DNA of 64,000 nt from Octopus sinensis (taxonomy: Eukaryota): the NCBI RefSeq assembly GCF_006345805.1, contig NC_043007.1, positions 6,448,001 through 6,512,000 on the forward strand, written 5' to 3'. A program made the position numbers and the translations under genes. Of this stretch, positions 12,192 to 26,861 are shown one piece after another (within the stretch, counting starts at the first letter, position 1; each line of letters starts with the position of its first letter). The notes beneath the pieces were generated by a model. That model made no database searches. It was not told where the DNA came from and saw only the letters and a program-made list of their open reading frames with translations.

Positions 12192-12556
12192 ATGTATGTG
12201 TGTATGTATGTGTGTATGTATGTGTGTGTGTGTATGTATGTGTGTGTATGTATGTATGTATGTATGTATGTATGTATGTGTGTATGTATGTATGTGTGTA
12301 TGTATGAGTGTATGTATGTGTGTATGTATGTATGTGTGTGCGTATGTATGTGTGTGTGTGCATGTATGTGTGTATGTATGTATATATGTGTGTATGTATG
12401 TATGTGTGTATGTATGATGTATGTATGTATGTATGTATGTGTGTATGTGTGTGTGTATATATGTGTGTGTATGTATTCGTGTGTGTATGTATGTATGTGT
12501 GTATGTATGTGTGTGTATGTATGTATGTATGTATGTATGTATGTATGTATGTATAT
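12192..12556. repeat. (TATG)n/(TG)n compound microsatellite
   Basis: Direct reading. Confidence 0.95.
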
Positions 12557-12954
12557 CTGTCTGTCTGGCTGTCTATTTCTCCAGTGTATATGCGTACACA
12601 CATACACACACATCGTTTGTAGTAATTCATAAATTCGGGGGAGAAGCGCACTCTAAGATGTAGAGCATTTGATATTATAATGGGGCCGGTTTATGACGGT
12701 ACCCTGGGTTTCACGCTAATAAGGAGTTTAACCTTACGGCGTACCTTCAGGCCCCAAACACTGCTGGCCTAAAACCTCTTCGAAATATGGAAGAGAAATG
12801 CCTCTCTATAAAAGTAAGCTTTAGGTGATTATCTCCATTGCCACTGGTTATCGAAATTCGGCCGCACCACCATCTTGCGGTCACTAAAGAATCATGGAGA
12901 TTAATGATTGTCTCCCTTCACCCTTGGCTATTGGCTTTCGCTGCACCCTACATA

Positions 12955-13465
12955 TCTATCTAGGGTGGATAAAACACCTGAGATCCATGGACGAGTTCTC
13001 TCCAGCGACTCTTGTTCCTCATCGTCGCTGGCATGCCGTGTTTCTCCCAGAGACCAGTGTCTGTCCTTAGGGCATCAGCATATGCCATCCTCGGTCCCTC
13101 TCTTCTTGTGTGTTTATGTAGGGGCTTCCACAGGACCACTGAGTGCAGTATCAACTCTGATTGACATTGAGGAGGTCCTAATAACTTCAGTCGCCTCTGT
13201 GTTATTTACGAAATAACACTTGGGAGCCGTCTTATAGCTCTGAGTTCTTCATCTTCAGTGTAAACTTCTGATTGTTCAGAGCCATCCTCAACATTCTCGT
13301 ATAGCACCCATCCACCATGTGAGTGAGGTTCTTGGTCAGTGTCCAAGTCTAAAGACCGGTACAAGAGCACTGACTCCACTGCAGCAACAAGCATACGATC
13401 ATTAGAATTTTAACGAAGGTCAGACTTCCATACAGATCTCAAACTGTGGTTTACCACTCAGGCCT
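12955..13465 (-). mobile_element. Decayed RTE-type LINE, region C-terminal to RT
   Basis: SVWKSDL...RMLVAAVESVLLY, LWKPLHKHTRREGPRMAYADALRTDTG...MRNKSRWRELV match the RTE C-terminus (VESVLLYG.E.WT; GRP...Y.D.L..D). Confidence 0.75.
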
Positions 13466-13508
13466 TGCTCTTGCTCTTACTATATATATATTATATATAT
13501 ATAATATC

Positions 13509-13575
<67 letters not shown>

Positions 13576-13736
13576 TATGCATGTGTGTATGTATGTGTGT
13601 ATGTGTGTGTGTGTATGTGTATGTGAATGTGTATGTGTGTATGTGTGTGTATGTGTGTGTATGTGTGTGTATGTGTGTATGTGTGTGTATGTGTGTGTGT
13701 ATGTGTGTGTGTGTATATATGTGTGTATGTATGTAT

Positions 13737-13835
13737 CGACTGCGTGGTACTTGGGCATGTGTCTTGAAATATAGTTTCAGGCCGACCAAAGGCTTTTGAG
13801 TGGATTTTCCAGATGTAAATTGAAAGAAACCCGTC

Positions 13836-13873
<38 letters not shown>

Positions 13874-14070
13874 TATACACGTGTGTGAGCGTGTATGTGT
13901 GCATGCGTGCGTGTGTGTGTTTGTCTGTTTATTTTTGTGCATGTGCTTGCGCTCCCGTAACTTATCACATCGGCAAAAGCGACCGATAAATTAAGTACTA
14001 TTTTTAAAAAGCATACGGGTCCCAGTTCGCTTGACTAAAATATCTTCAAAGCGACGCCCCAGCATGGCCT
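13737..14070 (+). mobile_element. Octopus-type SINE, 5'-truncated, with internal (TA)n/(TG)n
   Basis: CTGCGTGGTACTTGGGCATGTGTCTT...GAAAGAAACCCGTCG-[microsatellite]-...GCCCCAGCATGGCC; homologous to the 41170 copy. Confidence 0.7.
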
Positions 14071-14398
14071 GTAATTTTGGGCCCAACGATTGGTGCATTG
14101 TAGTCTTTTATTCATACCGCTATCATTTACAATTTACGATAAGAAATAATTCAATGAAATGACCCCACCCTTCAAAAATGTGTTTAACAGGGTCACAGAT
14201 GTTATGAACAGGAGTTTGTTTAAACTGATATCTGACCTCATGACGTTGTTGGCTCTCCAGAAGCACTCTCCAGTCAATGGGCATGCGCAAGAACATCTAC
14301 GTCATTACTTCTGCTAATACAGATAAAACTTCGATGATATTTAAATGTTTGAACTTCACTGATTTCATTGATGGCTTTTATATGCCAAGACATATATC

Positions 14399-14640
14399 TA
14401 TTTCTTTACCACCCACAAGGGGCTAAACATAGAGGGGACAAACAAGGACAGACACACAGATAAAGTCGATTACATCGACTCCAGTACATAACTGGTACTT
14501 ATTTAATCGACCCCGAAAAGATGAAAGGCAAAGTCGACCTCGGCGGAATTGGAACTCAGAACGTAACGGCAGACGAAATACGGCTACGCATTTCGTCCGG
14601 CGCACTAACGATTCTGCCAGCTCGCCGCCTTACATCTTTG
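14399..14640 (-). mobile_element. Full-length tRNA-derived SINE with 15-bp TSD
   Basis: Minus strand starts TAAGGCGGCGAGCTGGCAGAATCGTTAG (A box) ... GAGTTCCAATTCC (B box); TSD GCCAAGACATATATC at 14384-14398 and 14641-14655. Confidence 0.9.
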
Positions 14641-15041
14641 GCCAAGACATATATCATTGATAGTCTGCTTAATTTGTAATGTACAACAGTCATTCTCAAT
14701 TCAACATTATCAGGTACAGGACGTATATTTATGAAATTAAGAAAGAAAAAGTAGATGCAGTCAGGGAAAAAAATAAATTGAGATTTTGATATAAAATTGA
14801 GTTTTATTGGAAGATGAAATAGTTTTTGCTTATAGAACAAAAACTATCAGTTTTAAAACTCATAAAGCATTTTATGTTACAATTTATTTGATTTTAATTT
14901 TGCAGAACAAATTTTCGTAATATAATTATGGCCGTCAATTAACTGACATTTAAAAGTTATTTGTATAACTACAATCATGAGGTTAATGTTTCTTTAAGTA
15001 TACTAAAATTACTATACACATACACTCACACGCTGTCGGTA

Positions 15042-15080
15042 GCTGACAGCCAATGTCAGCCCGCTAAAGATTTAACCAAT
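15042..15080. promoter_or_regulatory. Candidate cis-element: GCTGACA-N5-TGTCAGC palindrome overlapping CCAAT, plus a second CCAAT 26 bp downstream
   Basis: GCTGACAGCCAATGTCAGC (15042-15060); CCAAT at 15050 and 15076; unique sequence; motif-only evidence. Confidence 0.2.
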
Positions 15081-15759
15081 GGTGTTCCACTTGTGCAAGC
15101 TGACCCACTAGCCTGCTTCTTGGCTGAGTTCCAATATTTCGTGTCTCAAATATATGTTCTGTTTTAAAACATAGCACAATGGAAACAGGGTTTAACTCGC
15201 ACAAAGACCGCTGTAAAATTCATGTCAATAGTGTATATACATGAAACAGGACATCTAGATGGCTATCTTAATTTAGCATTTCTTCAGTTAAGAGTCGGGG
15301 TCAGCATGTGACTTTTCAATCCGGAGGTTATCAGCGATGCAAGAGAATGCATTAGGAAGTTTCCTACGTTGAAGGTGAATAAATTCGTAAACCAGTCTGG
15401 ATATGTGTGTGTGTGCGCGTGCACGTTTGTGGGTGTGATGCGGGTGCCTACGTAGGTATGTAGACGAGGTTATTAGATTCATTAAGACAATTTCAAAGCG
15501 CGGATGTTTGAGGTTTGAAAAGTTTTGTATTTAGTACGATGCAAATTTATATTCAAAGTAGATTACGTCCATTTAAGTTTATTAACAATGCAGAAGAGCT
15601 AAGAGAGAGCGCTTTAATCATCTGGATTAACAGAGAAAATTATCAAGATTCAATATATTTTCAAAACCTTACAGGTGATCAAATACACTTACCATTCTAC
15701 GATGCATAATCATCCATTCCATATCAATATATATCTAATTATCTATGAATCAAGCAATT

Positions 15760-15763
15760 TATG

Positions 15764-15799
<36 letters not shown>

Positions 15800-15964
15800 A
15801 TATATAGATATATATATATATATATGTATATATATGCATATGTAGTTGTATATATATAAGTGTGTGTATAGATATATATGTGTATGTATATATATATATG
15901 TATATATATATGCATGTATAAATATATATATATATATATATCTATATCTATCTATCTATATATT

Positions 15965-15999
<35 letters not shown>

Positions 16000-16040
16000 G
16001 CATATGTATATATATATGCATGTATAAATATATGTGTATG

Positions 16041-16087
<47 letters not shown>

Positions 16088-16205
16088 CTATATATATGTA
16101 TATATATGTAGTTGTATGCATATATATATATACGCACACACACATATGCATATGTGTGCGTGCGTGTGTGTGTGTGTGTGTGTATGTGTGTGTGTGTGTG
16201 TGTGT
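15760..16205. repeat. Degenerate (TA)n/(TATG)n/(TG)n microsatellite
   Basis: Direct reading. Confidence 0.95.
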
Positions 16206-16794
16206 CCGTATAAGAGTTTCGAGCGAAACTCTTCATTACGGTTTCTGTGAAATCTTCGACGTTATCAAATTATCTGCTAGCTTTCCAACCAGATTTAATT
16301 TGATTAAACTACCTCAGCTAATTCCGTTCCTATCTATCCACACACTTACGTCATTGTCTACGCAAATGACTATCTCTGCATACTGAAATTATTCGAATAC
16401 TTAAAGCATGGAACACTGACGCACCCAGACACACAGACACAATTAGACTTTGACGTATGTATTTGTTAAAGAAGCATATATTTTACCTTCAAATAAAAGT
16501 CAATAAAACAAATTACTCATTTGTGTAAATCACCCTTTAACTATTCTGGCATTTCCTCCCCTCTTTTCTTCCTCTCTCTCTCTCTCTCTGATACTTTATC
16601 TCTCACTGTGTGTGTGTTTGTGTGTTTGTCATATTCCATTACTCATTGTCTGGCATCAAACCTAGTGTATGCACTCATTCTGCATTATTTACCTTAATTC
16701 TCTCTTTTTCGTCCTCTCTCCATGCTATATGCAGTGTGACTAGAAAAAACCCACCTAGCAACCAACCAAGTTTATACTGGTATCATCATCATCA

Positions 16795-16829
<35 letters not shown>

Positions 16830-18733
16830 GCGTATTTTCTGCTATTTTCCATCTCACTGGTGTTTTCGTATCAGTCGGCATTACATTTTGTGCTATTTCC
16901 CCATGCCATTAACTTGCTGTGTGCACCCAGTCCCTTTATGTAATTCCGCTCGTATCGAGGATGCAATATTCGAAAATACATCGATATTCTTTGCTGACTG
17001 ATATCGTATATTATTAACCGATGGGTTCTGAACGCATAACCTAAAGGGTCACACTTACAGCGCATGCCCCCATACTACTACTACTACTACTACACAACTA
17101 CTACTACTAATACTACTACTACTGGCTGTTTTACCTCAAACATTACTTTTCTTTTTTCAGCTTTACAAAACACATCCCTCCTCGTTTCCCTTAAATCCAC
17201 CTCAGACGTCTGATAAAAGTTGTTTAGACCGTTAGACATAAAAAGCCTGAGATCAGACATTAAATAGAGAACAATGGTAGGCACAAGACCAAACCAAAAT
17301 TGTAAGAAGCAGAAAAAGAGAAACGATAAAACATAAGCTGCTAGTAAGTCCTGTCTTCCCATATATCTCGCATAACGAACGCCACATTCGTAGCCATTTA
17401 AAATATGAGATGTTTTTTCTTTCTCTTTCGTCTTCTATAAAGGTATTTTGAATTAAAACCATTATATTATGTTTATGTGGCTGAAGATTTTGAGGAGATG
17501 GGCAGCGTATTTAGCAGCCGAGAAGCAAAACAAACAATAAAAGAAATACAATTTTGACCATAAAACATTCGCTCTATTAATAGGTTGATAGTTTTTATAG
17601 AATATTATTCCTCGTTCTTAATTCGTTTCTGATCTTATGCTGTGTAGCAACTGTTATTTCCTTTTAACTTACACGTAGACAGTATGAAAAATGGCTAATA
17701 TTTCTTTCAATGGATTTTTTTATGTTACATTTATTGAAACCTCAGAGAATCTTTCTCAACACACAGCTGTGATTCTCCCCCACCACTTCTGCTCATGATT
17801 AGAGATGCACATAACGTCAGATACTATGGCACATGCGCAAGCGGTTAAGGACACGCAACTGAACAGAATATTTGCTATAACAATATTTCTGCTTCAGCAA
17901 CTCAGCGCCGAGTCTGTCTGAAATAGAACAGAAAAAGGGGTCAGTTTCAAGACTTTGATGTCCAGGTCAGAAAAGTAAAGTTTGAAGGGAACCGTAGTCA
18001 TTTCCTTTGATTTCTAGAAAGAAGCAATTTGAAAATAACAATTATTAAGCAAAGGCAAAAATAAGAAATAAAAATTAATATGTTGTTACACGGTATTATT
18101 TGCTTCTGTAATGTTAAACAACAGTCTAGCAATATACAGAATATTTGGTATTAAGGAATCGTTTCAGGCTAGTAACTTTGTATTTGTTGGCGGATGTTTT
18201 AGAAAGAAAACGTTTTCGCTGTATTTGTTATCAAATGGTTGTATTCACCGAAAAGACTACATTTATAAAGCAACATATGGTCTTCCATTGACGACATTTT
18301 CAAATGTCATGAATTCATAAGCAAAATTTCTGAATCCAAGGTTTTCCCTGGTTCAACCTAAATCGTTGTACTTTTGTTTGTTGATGGAATGGAATTTTGT
18401 TTTTCCGAAATAGGTCCCTCCAGTATCTTTTGTGACCATGTCCATTTGCTACAGCCATATTCTTAATTTGATCTCTGAGGCTCAGTAAGCCTTTGTAGGT
18501 TTCAAGAAAGAATATTGCATTTCATTGGGGTCTTTACAAGACAGGTTACTTTTTTCTTTATCGAATGTTCATGAGTAACAAAAATTAGATTGCAAGTGTG
18601 TTTATAGCACTACCATAATTCTCAGAAACGTTTTGACAAGTATCACCATCATAAATACAGAACTGGAACTACTTTTCGTATCATGCATCTACACTTCGAA
18701 GCTTTCCAGTAGTATGTTAATTATATTCATAGC

Positions 18734-18789
<56 letters not shown>

Positions 18790-18866
18790 TAATAATAGGA
18801 CATCAAAAGAATGAGACTTCGATATTATGTAAATACAGGAATTAACCTATATGAGTGTCCTATATT

Positions 18867-18921
<55 letters not shown>

Positions 18922-18929
18922 TATAAATA

Positions 18930-19302
18930 TGGTATTATCCATATAAATCAAATGGGGTGCTTATAATCAAAATAAGCAACAGGGATATCCAAGGTAGTGT
19001 AGTACAATCGTTTCATGCTACTTCATTTTATTAAACACTGTAAGTATTACATCAGTGATAAAAAATCCATGTTCTTAATGTTGAAATTAACCTCTCTGTC
19101 TATATATCTACCCTCTTTGTAATGTTGTCAAATGAAATAAGTATAAAAATGTGCATTGTCCGTTTAATTAAAAAATTCTATATTTGGCTGAAGATTGCTC
19201 GACATTTTAAAACTGATGTAATACTTACAGTATTTAATAAAATAAAGTAGCATGAAACGATTGTACTACACTACATTGGATATCCTTGTTGCTTATTTTG
19301 AT
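18930..19302. mobile_element. Inverted pair of a (TA)n-flanked repeat family (91-bp arms, 4 mismatches, 155-bp spacer)
   Basis: 18966-19056 versus the reverse complement of 19212-19302; the same family occurs as single-orientation copies at 41575-41790 and 42106-42320. Confidence 0.9.
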
Positions 19303-19732
19303 ATATATATATGTATGTATATTTGTATGTATATATGTGTGTGTATGTGCGTGTGAATAAGTGTGTGCGCGCGAGCGTGCATCTGTGTCTGTATCTGTGT
19401 GAGTTTATTTTACTGCTGGGGTCAAGATTATTTCATGTATGTTTATTTCATGCAATGGTAGCTGATATATGGTTGTAAATGTGACTACACCGATGAGGAA
19501 AATTGAAATGGAGGAAATAAAATTATAAAATAATGGAGCCATCAACTTCAAAATACTGTCACCAGAGACGCACAGGTGCTGCCAAGATGGCTTTCCAAGA
19601 CATACTTCAGTCGTGTTTCAGTGATACGATTTTGTATGAAAGCCCCTCTCACCATCCACATGTCAATAACTAGGAAAGCACACAACCACTTACACGCATA
19701 TATACAACCGCCTGCATAAACATACAACATAT

Positions 19733-19774
<42 letters not shown>

Positions 19775-20264
19775 GTAAATATATTTCGTGCATATAAAAA
19801 TACGAACTCGTAAGATATACATGCATATGTACACACACGCACACGCACGCACACATATATAAATATACACATATATATATTTATATATGTATGAATGTAT
19901 AAGCACAAAGAAATTGCATATGTGTGTGTGTGTGCGTGTTTTGACATAAATAATCGTAGAGTGTGTGTGTGTGTGAGTAAATATAGATAAGATACTGAGT
20001 AATGCCACAGTTTTATTTATTAGTGATATTATTTGTTATCGTTTTTGCTTTGCTCTATATCCAGCTGAGTCTGTCTCACTCATATAATATTCTTATTGAA
20101 ACGTATAGAATATATTATCGAATGGTCCCCAAACGGGACAGCCCGCTAACACACAATCAAATTATTTACGTTGTCAGAAGCAAGCGACAATTGAATATTT
20201 TGCAATTTTTCAAAATATACCAACAGAGACGAATACATACATATAGACATAAAAATATATACAA

Positions 20265-20312
<48 letters not shown>

Positions 20313-20374
20313 AATTAAGGACTGCACACGAAAAGTGGACAGTCAACATGCTAGAAATTTAATTTTATAAATTT

Positions 20375-20423
<49 letters not shown>

Positions 20424-20489
20424 ATGTATATATATGCATATATATACATACATGTATATATATATATATACATACACACACACACACAC

Positions 20490-20531
<42 letters not shown>

Positions 20532-21048
20532 GTATTAACTCGCGTACAAAGTATAAAACCACGAGCAATGGTTATGCCGGAATACAGGTGACTAAAATTT
20601 CAAATTAATACATTCTGTCACATTCTTTCTACGTATTTTTTTTGTGTGATGCTGTGTGTGCGCGCGCGCGTCCGTGATTCCGTGTGTATATATAGTTACA
20701 TATGCTTCATAGCAAGCATAAGGAGCTGCGTTGATGCGTTTACAAACTTTTATGTACACACGTATGCACACACAAGTGCAATCGCACTCACACATGCTCA
20801 GACACACACCCGCGCTCACACACACTTATGTAGATATAAGTGTACGTTAGGTTATACATGCTATATATCTATAGAAACGTATGATTTACTAATGGGATTA
20901 GTGGGGCTGCCCTGGGAGTAGAATCAAATTTATTGTGAAGACCAATGTCGTTGAGATTTTGAATTTACGTTAGTTATTCTAACCACCTACCAGATGAAAC
21001 TCGACAACGCAGTCAACATGATCTACACAATATGCATATAATTGCATG

Positions 21049-21086
<38 letters not shown>

Positions 21087-21879
21087 ATGTATATATATAT
21101 ATGTGTGTGTATGTATGTATATCTGTTATATGCTACAGAAATAATATTAGACCAAAGCTTACTTAATGAAAATAGTGTTTGAAAGGTAAATTTACTGTGG
21201 TATTCGACCCGAGATAATATCTATTTTAGATGTTGTTTAAAGACATAACATATATGTCGGAGGCAGAATAAAATCGTCCTTGAAGTGGTTCGCGAGATTG
21301 CTAAGGGCATCTCAGTGTCATTGTACGTTATAATGATGATGTACAAACATTTATCCCACCGAACGGTGACATGCAACATCAGAATCACGGCGGTTTCTGT
21401 TTATCTATATCGGAGCAGAGAATCCTCGTATTGTCGTATTGACATGCGATTGACTATAGTATTTTGTAAGTGAGTAATAGTATTTGTAAGTTCCTCCTAT
21501 GAGGAAGCTATAAATTCAGTGGTGTCAGGTTGCATGTCTTCTTGAATTACAGGAAAAATAATTACACTATCATGAAATAACTCAAATACAAATCGCCGAC
21601 CAGTAAACACACAGATTCAAGAGGACAATCCAACAACAGATACATACCTACACAGACACGCACACGCATACACACACATACATATACTTGATTAAGAAAC
21701 GGAGAAAAAAGACAAGAAAAAACAAGAGCGTAAGGACGTATCACTTGCAAAATATTAATAAGACGCCCTAGGAAGGAAAATGTAGTTGATTTACATTTCG
21801 AGCGCAGCACTTCTTCTGAAACAGGACAAAGGGGAATCCCAAAAGAAACAGAAGGCGGAGATTAGGTAGAGTGAAAGAC

Positions 21880-21913
<34 letters not shown>

Positions 21914-21921
21914 CTAGATAT

Positions 21922-21979
<58 letters not shown>

Positions 21980-22012
21980 GATAGATAGATAGATAGATAG
22001 ATAGCTAGATAT

Positions 22013-22085
<73 letters not shown>

Positions 22086-22237
22086 AGATAGATACACAGA
22101 CAGACAGATAGATATGTAGATAGGTAGATAGAATTATAGATAGATGGATAAATAGTTAGAGAGACAGATAGATATATATATAGGTAGATAGATAGATAGA
22201 TAGATAGATTGATATATAGATAGATACATAGATAGAC

Positions 22238-22322
<85 letters not shown>
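21880..22322. repeat. Long (GATA)n microsatellite
   Basis: Direct reading. Confidence 0.95.
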
Positions 22323-22323
<1 letters not shown>

Positions 22324-22886
22324 GCACACAACATGAGAACCTAGCTGCGACAGTTCCCGCGTGAAGATCGATGTAGCATGGAATTCAAGTCACAAGAAAA
22401 GATAGTTGCAATAGCTTATAAACTTTACAATAGGTCAGTATATTTTTAAAACGTATTCATCGTTCGTTCTGCCTAATTCAAAGGGTAGATATATGTATAT
22501 AAGAAATGTAAGTATGGTTGAATAAGATGCAGATGTATGTTTTAGAGAATTTGATTTTGATATTTTAGTTTCAGCTCATGAGCTGTGGCCATGCTGGTGC
22601 AACGCATGTTTAATTAAATATAACAGATTTCCATGTATCCATCTTACCAAATATTAGAACGAATTCTTTGTGAGAGTCATAAGGGTAGGATTGGTTTAAC
22701 AGTTTAGACCCACATTTGATTTTTTAAATATGGGTACAAACTTTTAATCCCTGCAAGCCAATTTTTCTTTGCATGGACTCAACCACTTTTCAACAACACA
22801 TATATATATATATACATATGCACATGTCTGTATATATATGCGTGTGTGTATGTATATGTATATATACATATATGCATGTATGTATG

Positions 22887-22974
<88 letters not shown>

Positions 22975-23595
22975 ATATTTGTATATCACTTAAGTTCCGA
23001 ATGTTGCACTTTTAATTCTATAGGAAATAGAAACGCCCTTAAAACAACAACAGTTACATTGAAGTAAAACAACAGCACTCTGCCATGATTGCCGCTGAAA
23101 AACCCTTTATGTAATCCTTTTACAGAGACGAAGCTGCATTAATGGAGGTTAGCATGATGCATTGCGATGACTAAGCAACATCTAAGATACACCGGCAACA
23201 TCTTTTATACTGAAGCAATGTGCTTTACTCTACTCCGACCACGAGACGTGTAATTGAAAGGTATTATTGTAATGATCGAGACTGCTTCATATCGTTCTTG
23301 CTTGAATACCATTCACTGGACTTGGCAGTTTTTATTTTCGCTCTCTTTCCCTTCTCCGATCCCCTTCCTCATCCCCGTCTTTCTCCCTACCTTTCTCTTA
23401 TCCTCAGACACCTCCTATTATCTCAGAACCGATGTCACTTAATATCACTCACATCTTACCATATATGTCCGTTTCATTATCTATAATATCATGTTTATAT
23501 TACAATTCACTTTTAAAACATCAAATAAATGCAAACATCATCGATCGCGGTAGATGATTTGATTGAAGTAGATCGAACGATTTTGTTTTTGCGGT

Positions 23596-23629
<34 letters not shown>

Positions 23630-24087
23630 AAGGCGAATAGTGTTTTTATTTCGTTCGCTTTTAAAGCCACAGACAAAGAGCTAAATGTAGACACATAAGA
23701 GATTTCTTAAGAAAAACAAAAACATAACATTAACGGCAGAAACAATTCATATATTTGCATTGAAACAAAGAGGAAATCACAGAGGGAGAGAGAACACTTT
23801 GTTACTGATAATTTGTTAGGAAAGATCAAGCAAAGTAAAACAATACCAATGCACTTACATACATATATACATACATACACACACATACATATACATGCAT
23901 GTATATCGATGCATACTCAAGTATATATAGATATATATACATACATAAATGGGTGAGTGCGTCGAATATATTTGAAAGCTACATAAACTAAAACTATTTT
24001 ATTAACCTTCTGATAGTTGTTTTCTCCTAGAACCAATATCATAAAATCTGAATGGTTTATATATATATTTATATATATATATATAAT

Positions 24088-24124
<37 letters not shown>

Positions 24125-25614
24125 TAATAATAATAATAGTAATAATATTAATAAAAAATAATATATATAGTGATAATTTACAAAAGAAAAAGACGAAGAC
24201 GGGTGTGTAAACAACAAACAGGTGTATTCGTTCAACGCTCGAGAAAAAAATTAGAACAAACAGTAAGAAGTTGTCATTATAGTACTCGGAGTTTCGAATG
24301 TTGAGGAGAAGAACAATGATACATTTTCGTCTGCTATTAACGGCGAAAGACGCTATGAAAATAAAAGGGACATTATTGTAATAGGGAGAAAAAGCAAAAA
24401 AAAAGATATAAGATGAAAAATGCACGAAACCATATTCTCACAATACATAAACATAAAACTCCTGCGTTCACAACGTCTACCATACGTACATACTCACACA
24501 AACACGTAGCGGGGTCCATGGAACTCTTCCAGATGAGCCATGTTTCCATATTACAAAGAGTAACCTGTAATACCTTTCAACTTTGCTTTCTTTTTCATCG
24601 CATTATTATTATTATTATTTAATACTTTCATATCGATTCAGACTATCAGAAAATGTCCCGTGTTCTTATTCTTACAAAATTATTCTTTAAAAATATTATC
24701 TGCACTGAATATGCATGTATATGAATATAGAATTAGTATAATTAGTGTAATCATCGAATATATGCTCCGGTAAATGAATATTGAATGTTGATTTGTATAT
24801 GCAAATTAGTAGCACCAAACTGATATCGATAATTTAAAATATCGTTATCAGATACTAACTCATTCTGCAAATATGTATTATTAATTCGGATACAAATAGA
24901 ATATTTTTAATATTCTCTTACCCATAAGCCACAAATGTCCATATATATTACTACTTATTTAATAACCCGAAATACAGAATCTAATTCCATTTACAGAACT
25001 AATCGACCCTCTCCTCATTCCTTATTCCGTTTTATGAATAACCTATGCATCAGATCTCTTATTTATTCCTAAAGAAATTTCAAATAATTTGTAATTCTCT
25101 TAGATATTTCTAGTTGAGTGCTTAATATTATTTCATGCATAAAAGCAAAACATACGCTTTACTTAAGGCTTTTTTAAAAACAAATATCTATGTTAGTTCA
25201 TTCCAAATCCTCTGCTAATGCTACACCTGTATCAAAAGGACACTATTTTTTAGGATGTACGCTACTTCATAAACGCAAAGTCACAGAGTTTCTAATAATC
25301 ATTTTAACCACTGCGCTCCTGTTTGGTTTAATCTAATGTCATACACTGCAGCTCAGTTAATTTGGAGCACAAATCCGTAAGCACTTGACGTAGATCATTC
25401 ACCTCTACCTGGGAGAAAAGCTGAGGTAAAATCTCAACTGAAAAGTGTCATCGTTAGTGAGGAACCTTCTTTGGCTGAGGGTAAAGTTATCTGAAACAAG
25501 ACATTGAAGGCAGGAACAGGAAGCACTTCACTGAGTGGAACCGGTTTAATAGCAGAGGCAAGATTAGAATAGACAAGCGTTTATTGATTTTTCCGTATTT
25601 TCAGGACATCTCCG

Positions 25615-25950
25615 TCAAGCTCTACAGATCTTCCGGGACGAGGATCTTCCGGGACGAGGATCGTTCTCTAGGCTGTAGCTTCCGGCTAGCAATTTCTGGA
25701 AGTACTGTTGACACAGGCTTATGCTTAAAGCCCGATCGTCATCTACTCGATTACTATTCCTCGCAGTTTCCGTTGCATTGTTGCCTTTATTGAACTCACA
25801 AAGCAAAATATGCCGAATATGCTCCTTTGTCACTTCCATTATAGCTTTGAAAATATAACTGTTAAAACCGAACTTCACTTCGAGCTTCACTCTTCGAAAA
25901 TTGCACTAAGAAAAAGTACAAGCTAAAACTACTACCTTCTTTTATATCAA
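25615..25950 (-). mobile_element. Mariner transposase 5' fragment (HTH region)
   Basis: ATG at 25839: MEVTKEHIRHILLCEFNKGNNATETARNSNRVDDDRALSISLCQQYFQKLLAGSYSLENDPRPGRS, a typical mariner N-terminus ending in the GRP-like motif. Confidence 0.85.
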
Positions 25951-26861
25951 GTTGATGCAGGTAGTTTACCTCGCCCTCCTCCGACCTTTAACTCATACAA
26001 TTGAAAAATCTACATCATTGAAGGGATTACCCAATATTTATGTGTACGCGATAGATGTATGTAAGCATATATATATATATACATATATACATACATTCAC
26101 ACGCACGTGTACACAAGCAACTGTGTGTATATAACATTGGTTGCTCTGTTTGGCTGCAACCCATCGTCACACAGAAGACCAAAGCTAAAATGTTTTCGAG
26201 GGGCGCCCTCTCTCTCTCTCTCTCCCTCGTTTCTATTGCCGGCATACCATCGCTAGAGATCATATGAAGTGTTAATTTTTTTGTGAAGTTTTTTTTTTCA
26301 GGTTGATATATTTACTGTGTCTAATAGGTAGACAGTTTCCAAGCACTATGTGTATTTGTACAGAATGTTTTATAAAGTTATTTTACAAACCATTGTTATT
26401 CAATATTTCAACTTGATATCCTCACTGTGTCATTCCTTGATGGAAAAGCACCACATGATAATTTCATAATAGAACGAATGTCTTTAGTAGGAGTTCTCTA
26501 TGAATTTACACTATCAATATTTTACCAATAATGAATTCTTCTACTTCACAAATGATCCGGTTCGTTTATAATTAACATATGACATTTCAAATATTACTGC
26601 GAAGTTAATTACAACGCATGCCGGCTGTTATCTGATTTCTTAAGAAATTAGAAAAAAATTATATTGATTGGTTTAGAGTTTGCTATTTGGTACTTCATGT
26701 TAAAGTAGTGAAAGATTCTGTAAAATGTTGCATTTCTGAAATATTTTCTATAATTCAGATTCATTTAATTGAAATAATTCACGATTAAGTTTTTCTTTTT
26801 AATCATATTTATTCTATTTAAACATTGTAGGATGTTGTAGTCAACCTGTATACACATAGTT

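Noticed and set aside
17161-17277. Exon between CTTTTTCAG| and |GTAGGC
   Set aside because: Stops in all three frames
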